From Bigelowiella natans CCMP2755 (Eukaryota > Protista > Cercozoa), in assembly GCA_000320545.1 (NCBI GenBank), contig ADNK01002970.1, positions 34,466 to 98,465 on the forward strand: a stretch of DNA of 64,000 bases. The letters run 5' to 3'. Within the stretch, counting starts at the first letter, position 1, and every line of letters starts with the position of its first letter. Positions 41,493-49,698 of this stretch are shown here, one piece after another. The notes under the pieces are model-generated. The model worked only from the letters and a program-made list of their open reading frames with translations, made no database searches and was not told where the DNA came from. A program made the translations under genes and the position numbers.

Positions 41493-43196
41493 CTTCATCT
41501 CGCATCAGACGAAAAAAAGAACGAGTCTTTTGTCGAGGAGGTGCTCGATGGTCTCATTTACCCAAACAATGACCGCGCGGAGAGTGACATTTGGGAACGT
41601 TTGTTCGAACGATTCAAAGGATGGGAGCGGTCAGACAAAGAAACTGAAAAGATTAGGAAGTTGAGGGATGCCAGGAAGAAGCCCCGAAGAGGAAAGCGAA
41701 CAGACAAAGAAGCAACAAGAGAGAATATTAGGGGATATGAGCCTTGCTATGAAACAGAGGAAATCCACAAAAAACGGCGTCTTCTCAAAAAGTTTGGCTG
41801 CTCAAGCATCCATGAGCTCCTGTCCAAAGTCTTCAAAGACTTAGTTGTCACGTTGAAGCGGGGGAAAGGAAAGGAAGGCCCGAGGGTATTTCACTTTCTA
41901 AAACCAACGTCTGATACTATATGTCAGCAAAATCGAGATCTTGTGAAAGAAGCCCTTAAAAAAACTGCAGTTATAGGAAAGTCAGCAACACCAAAGCAGC
42001 TATGGGATAAGATCCTACCCTCCATTGGTATTAATAATAAGAATACACCTGTCGCAACACGAACCGAATTTCTGCGGGAGAAGTTAGGTACCTCATTTGG
42101 CTTCAAGAAAGTAGACCTGCTGCTTTCTGCGTTATATGACATGGAAGATATTTCATTTGTCAAGACTGAAAAAGGCAAAGTTATTCGCTTTGAGGAGGCT
42201 GTGAACCCTCAGGATCAGGTTCGCCATTCGCTCAACGCACATGTAGCTGGGAAAGTATTTACCGCTGATAAAGCCTGGAAAGCTATCGACAGGTGTGCAT
42301 TTATGGTGGCTGGAGGTAAAGTTAATATTTCAAGTGCTAATCGTCGGGACCGAAATAGTGTAATTAAGGCTCAACTTGGCATCTACGCGGCAAATCTGAA
42401 GACAGTGATTAAGACCGCGTACGGTGAAGATTTTGAGAAATTAATGCAACTCAACACAAGGAAACGGAAGAGAAGCCAGAAAGGCGGATCTATGAATGCA
42501 TACCCCCCCGCCCCGCCTGTTCTGTACTGGATCAAATTGAAAGATGGATCGGGGCCACCACCACCGAAGCCTAAGCCTAAGCCCGGAAGTGATGATGATT
42601 CTGGCAAAAAAGGCAGGAAAGGAAAACTTTCTCTAAGAGCTGACAAACCTCGCGGGAAGAAGGAATCAGAGAAGAAACCCGACCAGAAGCGGACGAAAAA
42701 CCAGTGTGAATTTTCATTCCGTGTCGATAATGCAGATGAGAAGACAGCTCTCCATATCCTTGCCAAGAATGCGGAACCAGATGCAGATTTCAAGTTCATG
42801 GGTAAGGCTGGATATGCTAAGAAAGCAGGTGCTGTGATGGAAAGGAGGGGGAACGTGGTGAAAATATCCGTTGACGTCAACCGCAAAGACGTTCCACATC
42901 TTCAAGAACAGCTAAAAGATGAATGCAAGGCTACAGACTTCAAGGCGTTGGGCAAGGAAGTAGGAGTGAAGAAGGCTAAAAATTTTTACAACAAGCGGAA
43001 TGATGACATTAACCCGGAAGAGGCTACGGACACTTCCAAAAAAAAAACGGTGCACGAGAGGAGGAAGGAGAAGGAAGAAGCGGAAACGAAGAGAAAAAAG
43101 GAGGAGAAAAGACAAGATTGGCAGAAGAGCAAGAATAAGAATAAAGGAGCGAAGAGGCAGAAGAAGGGGAGAGGACAAGATAAAAGAAAACGATGA
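41493..43196 (+). CDS. Lys-rich hypothetical protein (large terminal exon)
   Basis: 551-aa open frame with normal TpA content. The frame opens right after ACTAACAG (41485-41492), a likely acceptor. A probable upstream Asp/His-rich exon starts at ATG 41321. No family recognised. Confidence 0.65.
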   Translation, partial: LHLASDEKKNESFVEEVLDGLIYPNNDRAESDIWERLFERFKGWERSDKETEKIRKLRDARKKPRRGKRTDKEATRENIRGYEPCYETEEIHKKRRLLKKFGCSSIHELLSKVFKDLVVTLKRGKGKEGPRVFHFLKPTSDTICQQNRDLVKEALKKTAVIGKSATPKQLWDKILPSIGINNKNTPVATRTEFLREKLGTSFGFKKVDLLLSALYDMEDISFVKTEKGKVIRFEEAVNPQDQVRHSLNAHVAGKVFTADKAWKAIDRCAFMVAGGKVNISSANRRDRNSVIKAQLGIYAANLKTVIKTAYGEDFEKLMQLNTRKRKRSQKGGSMNAYPPAPPVLYWIKLKDGSGPPPPKPKPKPGSDDDSGKKGRKGKLSLRADKPRGKKESEKKPDQKRTKNQCEFSFRVDNADEKTALHILAKNAEPDADFKFMGKAGYAKKAGAVMERRGNVVKISVDVNRKDVPHLQEQLKDECKATDFKALGKEVGVKKAKNFYNKRNDDINPEEATDTSKKKTVHERRKEKEEAETKRKKEEKRQDWQKSKNKNKGAKRQKKGRGQDKRKR

Positions 43197-43982
43197 AGTT
43201 GGAGCAAAACAATTAGGAAGGTGAAAACGACAGATGAAAGAAAGTCTGCAAGAAATGAGGAGAACGCAGCATAACTAGATGAAGCATTCTGAGAGGAAAT
43301 GGATCCAAAGATGCTCAATTGCTCCATGCTCGTACGCACAACAAGACAGTGGACACAACTCTAGAACTAGACAACGCATCACGTGTAGATGTGACATGCG
43401 GTCCGTTCGCACAATGCTTGCGCGCTGTTTTTTTTGGTTGAGCAAGAGACACGTGTGCACTTGTGCACACTTGGTCCCTTAGTCTTGCCTTGTGCCCATG
43501 CCTAAAAAACATTTTGAGTGCACATGGCCATTCACAACTCCACGTCTAGACGTGCATCAACCAAATGCATGCAGATGTGCTTGTGCACACAATGGTGGAT
43601 CGGATGTTGCGAATCTTGCATGAAGAAGACGTCGTTGACTTTGTTCAGGACGATTGTGCCCCAACGCACGCAACGTTCATGAGACCCATTTTTTTGGGAG
43701 GCGTTGCTGCAACATGACATGGCACATTGGCATGCAGAAGGATCTTGCGCTGCAGAACCATTTGTGATGCACACATGAATGCATGTGCACTCATGTGCCA
43801 ACACGTGCAATGTGGCAAACATCGTTTCATTGAATCTCCTCTGTCGCATTTTTCGAGAGCCTGACGAGTGTGAGCAAACTAGCAAAGCATTTGATCGACA
43901 AGAACGTGTTGTTGTGCAGGTGCAATGTTTGCTACGATGAGTTCGACACGCTCTTTTCAACTCAAGTGCAGCTCCGCATGCA

Positions 43983-44308
43983 TGTAGCGCGTACCACTAC
44001 GCGGGCACAAGTCACGTGCGACAACAAAGGGGTTGTCGCGGATATAGAATATAGATAACGTAGATATTAATACAGCATAGGCACGTGGGTTCCGGCGGGA
44101 CTCATGGCAGCACACCGGAAGTGTGCTGCCCCACGTGCGGCGGCATTCGCGAAAGCTTCGCGAATGATTACGCAGTGCACGATTTAATAAAAATATAATC
44201 TTTAATAAAAATAAACACAACTCTTCAAAAGGAAGCAAACGTGCCTTTCCCCCCCCCTGCCTACTTGTGCACGTAGCGCCTCGGCCTGTGAACACCTTAC
44301 GCGCAACA
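43983..44308 (+). repeat. 5' LTR
   Basis: TGTAGCGCGTACC...TTACGCGCAACA; matches 49373-49698. Contains AATAAA signals. Confidence 0.97.
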
Positions 44309-44313
44309 ACCTT

Positions 44314-44331
44314 TGGCTTCCACACACGGGA
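44314..44331 (+). promoter_or_regulatory. Primer binding site (tRNA-Glu/Asp-like 3' end)
   Basis: TGGCTTCCACACACGGGA lies 5 nt after the LTR. Its reverse complement ends ...CCCGTGTGTGGAAGCCA, resembling a tRNA-Glu acceptor end. The cognate tRNA was not verified. Confidence 0.7.
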
Positions 44332-44347
44332 AACGATTTGACTAACA

Positions 44348-47300
44348 ATGTCACAGCAGCTAGAAGAACAGCAGGACTTTGGCTCGCAGGCCGTGCAAGG
44401 GCACGAGCAGAAACAGGAAAGGAAGGGCGATACGGACGCTAAGGAAGGAGGAGGAACACCTCCACAGGCACCGCCGGGACCAGCACCCGGGATTAAGAAA
44501 GCAGATGCAGCAGCAGAGGCACTGGAGAACTTCTACGAGGCGGACGACGAGGACGTGGCCGCCGAAAGCAAGAAGGTCGTAATGGCATTACGAGCCTTGC
44601 GACCCAGGGCGAGCAACTACGCCAAACTGAAAGTATCGATAGAATACAAGTATCAGACACATGATGTTTGGGCAGCTATCATGCAGGACATCATGGATTA
44701 CGAAGCAGACTTACCTCCAGAGTGGGCAGCTTTGTTTAGGAACGACGGGGGTCTGGGCGCCTCGCGGGGGACGACCCAGAGCACCGTCAAGCAGCAGCAG
44801 CCGGTACAGCGGAACACCCAGTTCATGTCTGTTAAAACAGCACCGGTTATGATAACGAAATACAACGGGAAAAGAGGTGAGGCAAGGAGGTGGTGGAAGA
44901 ACGCTAGGAGTATACTCTGTGACTTTACCCCTAACCCCACCGAAAACGACAAGCTCAAATGGCTAGCTATAATAAAGCAAGCCATGGACCTTTACGAGAC
45001 AGGCAGGACCCGGATCAGGCAGCTAGAGAAAATACACACTACAGTTAGTGGGCTACGAGACGTTGAGGCGATAATGAAGGCTTTTGTAAATGAACAGGAT
45101 GCTAACTCCCTACCCCAGGCTATTAGAAAATACAGAGCAATGATGCAGCATGAGAGAGAACCTGTTAGAGACTTTGCCACGCGCTTCCAGGATATGATCG
45201 ACGAACTACATGATTTTAATTACAACACAGGTGATGATCAGGCAAGGTTTGAAGAGTTCAAGTTAAAGATAAAGGAATCCACTTACGTTACGGAGAAAGG
45301 CTACACCACGATGGAGGCAGCAGTGCAGGCTATATCCCTACGCGAGCAGGAGCAGGACCGCAAGTTTACCAGCCCTAAGGTACCTGGCATAGGAAACATT
45401 AACGCTATTAAGCCGCAGCGAGACTGGTACAAGGACAGGGAAGGTAACCGACGTTGCGGATACTGCTCACGTAAAGGGAAACACACCGCTAAAGACTGCA
45501 GAGACAGGAAAGAAGGACGACCCAGGATGACGATCAGGCAGCTCAACGAACACTACGAGAAGTTAAAGAGAAAGAAAGGCAGAGGACAAGGATATAACAA
45601 CAGCAAATGGCAAGGCAGCAACAACGGGAAGAACAATAAATATAAGAACAAAAAGCAGAACAGTATCAATGCTATACAGCAGCAGATAAACGGAATATTA
45701 GATCACCTTAAGCAGGCGCCGACGAAGACAGCAGTACCAGCAACGCAGGACCAAGACAAGCCCATGACCCTAGACGACATAAAGAACTTAGGAGTATGCA
45801 ACATTAATGACGAAGACGCTAACAGGACTATCAAAGTTGCTATGACCAAGGTTAAAGTTAAAGACAGCTACGGAGACTACAAGAAACTACCTGCCCTTTG
45901 GGATAGTGGCAGCATGCCGAAGTCCTTCATAAGCCTAAGCACAGTAAGAAGGTTAGGACTATTGGATCAAGTGACTAAGAAAGAACGTAAATATGCTCAA
46001 GCAGACGGAAGCTCTTCCATGAAGACCGTCGGTGAGCTAATGCTAAAGCTACAGATACCTGGCAGCGACGCGGAGACCCAAATCAAGACCCGAGTAGCCA
46101 TGACTTTATCCATGGAACTACTCCTCGGACAGGATGCCCTAGAAAAATTAGGGGGGATCATATCATTCTACAATCACAAGATATACTTTGCTAAGTTGCC
46201 AAAGAAGTCAGGCAGGACCATCAGCCAGAACATGATACGGCTTGACGAGTGGACCTCTGAGTCAAGCGTTAATGCGTTAGAGTTTATGGACCTAGCGGAC
46301 AACAAGCTACCTACACCTACCGAGCTACGGAAGAAGAACCCCGGCAAGACCATCCGACAGATAACGGAGCTACTGGACAAGACCCCCCCAGCTGATGATT
46401 GGGATATCGACAAAGGCAAAAAGTACATTAATAAAATATTAAACGAGAAGTACTCTGACATCACCAAGCCGACGACGAAGCCCTCCAGCAAGCTTACCCC
46501 AGTAAAGATCGAGCTAAAGAAGGGATACGAAGAGTGCATCATCAATGACCCAGAACATAGGCGACCGGAAGCGGACTGGGAAAAGATAGAGTGGCAGATC
46601 AATGAATGGGCAAAGGAAGGGAAGATAGAGCCAAGCAACTCACCATGGAACGTGAGACATGTGCTAGCTAAGAAACCTACTTACCCTTTCTTCCGCCTGG
46701 CGCACAACTTCATCCGCCACAACCGAGTAATAAAGAGGATCCAGACACCTACACCAAGGATAGATGACGTTATTGAACACGTCATAGGATACAAATACTA
46801 CTCTTCCCTAGATAAAAATGAATCATACATGCAGACACCCATCCACAAAACCTCCCGCCCCATTACCGCGTTCTCCAGCAGGCACAGGAAGTGGCACTTC
46901 GTCGTATTCCCTTACGGCCTAAGCATATCAGGGGATGCGTTCAGTAGTCAGAACTACAGGGCATACACACATGATGGGATGGCGTCTGTGTTGTGGGTGT
47001 TTGTGTTTGTGTATGTGGATGATGACATAATATGTACCAACACAGTCGTCGCTCAGATCTTCCTCCTGGAAAATATATTTATTAGGTTTGCACACTTCGG
47101 TTTTACTATTAGACTGCAGAAGTGTACATTCCTAGCTACAAGAATCAAGTGGTGTGGATATTACCTGGAGCAAGGCCGCATCACCCCAAACCCCGAGAAA
47201 GTAGCAGCACTACAGCAAGCCCCTAAACCTAAGAATGCAAAGGAGTTAAAGTCATTCTTGCAGACTGCAGCTTGGATACTACGTAGGTTCTCCCCTACCT

Positions 47301-49321
47301 ACGCTAGGACTGCAGCTGCTTTTACTACTGCTTACCGGAAGGAGAACTCTGTAGGCCTCAGCTTCGCTAAGGTGTGGGCCAAGGCTGGCCTTGATGCCCA
47401 CTTCGATAACCTAATAAAGTTATGCAGCAACACCCTATTGAATGCTAAGCTAGACACTACTAGACCAGCTACCCTATGGACAGACTGGTCTAAGCTAGGT
47501 ATGGCTGCTGTACTTACCCAAGACCAGCAGATCATACGGGTGTGGGGCAGGGCCTGCACAGCAGCTGAGGCCAAGTACAGCCCTACAAAAGGAGAGTATA
47601 AAGCCATGACTGAGGCGCAGAGGAAACTAAGATACTACCTGCTGTCGGTGCCCAGCTTCACCTTAATGACTGACCACAAGCCCCTCCTAGGCATCGACCG
47701 CAAGCTCGAAGCGCCTAACGATGAGTATGCAGCTATGAGGGCGGACACGGAAGAGTTTAGGGACAAGAGGACAGTGGTCTACGCACCAGGAGACAAGCAG
47801 CTTGCTGACTATTTCAGCAGGCTGTTCGAAAAGAAAGTCCATACCCAGGTCACCCCTATGGTTAACGCGATTACCTTCGAGGACGGCGACTTCCTGCCTG
47901 AGCCAGTGGAGCTCCAGCACCTTCAAGAACACCTGGATAAATACAAACACAAGCATGAGGTACTTAGTGATAGGATATATGTATACACTAATAATGTTAG
48001 GCGTACCTACGTGCCACGGCGGACCAGGGGAGCCCTTCTCTTTACCGCCCATGGACCTGCACACGTAGGAGAAAACCATATCACTGCTCTACTCTACCAT
48101 TACTACTGGCCCTACAAGCTAAAAGAGATAAGGACATACCTGCGTGGCTGCAGGTGCTCCAGCTTGAAGGCGGCAGGCGTCGCCACCAAGGAGTCCAGCA
48201 AGAGCCGTGCATCTAAGAAAATCAAAGCAAGGAACTTCTTAGATATCGTGCAAATTGATGTTTATAAGTACGATGGCTATCACTACCTTACCTTCGTTGA
48301 TGTGGCCACTGGAAAGTGCTGGGTTAAAAAGATTATCAAGGTCAACGTTGCTAAGAAGAACAAAGGCTTATATAAGCAGAGGCTTACTAACTGCTACCGT
48401 ACCTGGGAGTCTGAGCTCCAGGCTATCCCTGATGAAGTTAGCATAAACAAGATACCAAAGAAGTTACATGTGGATAATGAGACCTCTCTTCTACAGCTAC
48501 CACACCCTAATATTGATGCCTCACCTGTATACTATGCCCAGTCCAACTCCAAGGTAGAGCGACTCCACCGCACCTTGGCCAACCTAAGCAGGATAAATAG
48601 CACCACACCAGACAAGATACAAGGGTTAGTAAACGACACCTTCACGTCTGGGGGAGGTATCAAGGATAAGGAGAGGGAAGAAGGCGACGACAACGACGAC
48701 GATACCGAGAGCGAAGACGAGAAGGTCCCGTACGATGGCCGAGTTCTAAAGGAAGGACAGTATGTTAGGGCCAAGGTAAATCTGAGATCGAGAAATAAAC
48801 AAGACCCCTTCTGGGGTGGCGTTGCAAAGGTTACCGAGAGGAAGGGGAGGAAGCAGTACTACATCTATGATGGGAACAGGGTCACCTTGCGCCACATCAG
48901 TCACCTAAAGAATTATGATATCGGTGAGAAGCTCCTAGAGGATGTTAAAGTAAACCCTACTGTGTGGGAGCGAGCAATGCCTTGTTTAGGACCCCGACCT
49001 AAGTTCGATGTGGAATATGGAAACAATAAGGTCAGGGTGAACGACGATTGGCGCATGAAGATTGTCTATCTAGGCTACCCTGGATTACGAAATATGGAGA
49101 GGGTAGCTATGAAAATAAAGGACGGAAAATATCAGCTACTCTACCTAGCTGTTCCCGACTTACCCTTTGAGCACTGGTATAAGGTCCTGGGGGACCTTGA
49201 TGCAGAGGGCTGGTATGGACACGAACCTAAGGACGAAGGTGAGTTCTGGGTAAGCGACAAAGGAGATAAGGTTAGAGAGGAATCTATTACCTGGTGGTTG
49301 GTGAAGTTCCGAAAGCGATGA
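44348..49321 (+). CDS. Gag-Pol polyprotein (Gag with CCHC, protease, RT, RNase H, integrase, C-terminal Dam-like domain)
   Basis: 1657 aa. CGYCSRKGKHTAKDC (45455), LWDSGS (45902), FPYGL and YVDD (47012), WTDWS...TDHKPL RNase H, HHCC-like finger, D(48257)-D(48473)-E(48557), SH3-like integrase C-terminal region, and an extra ~130-aa domain at 48930-49318. Confidence 0.96.
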   Translation: MSQQLEEQQDFGSQAVQGHEQKQERKGDTDAKEGGGTPPQAPPGPAPGIKKADAAAEALENFYEADDEDVAAESKKVVMALRALRPRASNYAKLKVSIEYKYQTHDVWAAIMQDIMDYEADLPPEWAALFRNDGGLGASRGTTQSTVKQQQPVQRNTQFMSVKTAPVMITKYNGKRGEARRWWKNARSILCDFTPNPTENDKLKWLAIIKQAMDLYETGRTRIRQLEKIHTTVSGLRDVEAIMKAFVNEQDANSLPQAIRKYRAMMQHEREPVRDFATRFQDMIDELHDFNYNTGDDQARFEEFKLKIKESTYVTEKGYTTMEAAVQAISLREQEQDRKFTSPKVPGIGNINAIKPQRDWYKDREGNRRCGYCSRKGKHTAKDCRDRKEGRPRMTIRQLNEHYEKLKRKKGRGQGYNNSKWQGSNNGKNNKYKNKKQNSINAIQQQINGILDHLKQAPTKTAVPATQDQDKPMTLDDIKNLGVCNINDEDANRTIKVAMTKVKVKDSYGDYKKLPALWDSGSMPKSFISLSTVRRLGLLDQVTKKERKYAQADGSSSMKTVGELMLKLQIPGSDAETQIKTRVAMTLSMELLLGQDALEKLGGIISFYNHKIYFAKLPKKSGRTISQNMIRLDEWTSESSVNALEFMDLADNKLPTPTELRKKNPGKTIRQITELLDKTPPADDWDIDKGKKYINKILNEKYSDITKPTTKPSSKLTPVKIELKKGYEECIINDPEHRRPEADWEKIEWQINEWAKEGKIEPSNSPWNVRHVLAKKPTYPFFRLAHNFIRHNRVIKRIQTPTPRIDDVIEHVIGYKYYSSLDKNESYMQTPIHKTSRPITAFSSRHRKWHFVVFPYGLSISGDAFSSQNYRAYTHDGMASVLWVFVFVYVDDDIICTNTVVAQIFLLENIFIRFAHFGFTIRLQKCTFLATRIKWCGYYLEQGRITPNPEKVAALQQAPKPKNAKELKSFLQTAAWILRRFSPTYARTAAAFTTAYRKENSVGLSFAKVWAKAGLDAHFDNLIKLCSNTLLNAKLDTTRPATLWTDWSKLGMAAVLTQDQQIIRVWGRACTAAEAKYSPTKGEYKAMTEAQRKLRYYLLSVPSFTLMTDHKPLLGIDRKLEAPNDEYAAMRADTEEFRDKRTVVYAPGDKQLADYFSRLFEKKVHTQVTPMVNAITFEDGDFLPEPVELQHLQEHLDKYKHKHEVLSDRIYVYTNNVRRTYVPRRTRGALLFTAHGPAHVGENHITALLYHYYWPYKLKEIRTYLRGCRCSSLKAAGVATKESSKSRASKKIKARNFLDIVQIDVYKYDGYHYLTFVDVATGKCWVKKIIKVNVAKKNKGLYKQRLTNCYRTWESELQAIPDEVSINKIPKKLHVDNETSLLQLPHPNIDASPVYYAQSNSKVERLHRTLANLSRINSTTPDKIQGLVNDTFTSGGGIKDKEREEGDDNDDDTESEDEKVPYDGRVLKEGQYVRAKVNLRSRNKQDPFWGGVAKVTERKGRKQYYIYDGNRVTLRHISHLKNYDIGEKLLEDVKVNPTVWERAMPCLGPRPKFDVEYGNNKVRVNDDWRMKIVYLGYPGLRNMERVAMKIKDGKYQLLYLAVPDLPFEHWYKVLGDLDAEGWYGHEPKDEGEFWVSDKGDKVREESITWWLVKFRKR

Positions 49322-49363
49322 AGGTCTAAGGGAATAAGGAAGGAAGGAAGGAGCAACGTGACT

Positions 49364-49372
49364 TGGGGGAGG
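49364..49372 (+). promoter_or_regulatory. Polypurine tract
   Basis: TGGGGGAGG immediately 5' of the 3' LTR, preceded by a purine-rich run at 49328-49353. Confidence 0.85.
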
Positions 49373-49698
49373 TGTAGCGCGTACCACTACGCGGGCACAA
49401 GTCACGTGCGACAACAAAGGGGTTGTCGCGGATATAGAATATAGATAACGTAGATATTAATACAGCATAGGCACGTGGGTTCCGGCGGGACTCATGGCAG
49501 CACACCGGAAGTGTGCTGCCCCACGTGCGGCGGCATTCGCGAAAGCTTCGCGAATGATTACGCAGTGCACGATTTAATAAAAATATAATCTTTAATAAAA
49601 ATAAACACAACTCTTCAAAAGGAAGCAAACGTGCCTTTCCCCCCCCCTGCCTACTTGTGCACGTAGCGCCTCGGCCTGTGAACACCTTACGCGCAACA
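49373..49698 (+). repeat. 3' LTR
   Basis: Direct repeat of 43983-44308. Confidence 0.97.

Larger units (their letters stand above)
43983..49698 (+). mobile_element. Intact Ty3/gypsy LTR retrotransposon
   Basis: Two apparently identical 326-bp LTRs with TG...CA ends, 4-bp TSD TGCA (43979-43982 and 49699-49702), PBS, PPT, and a single gag-pol ORF in PR-RT-RH-IN order. Confidence 0.97.

Noticed and set aside
43983-44308. Hammerhead ribozyme in the structured LTR
   Set aside because: No CTGANGA core was found by eye.
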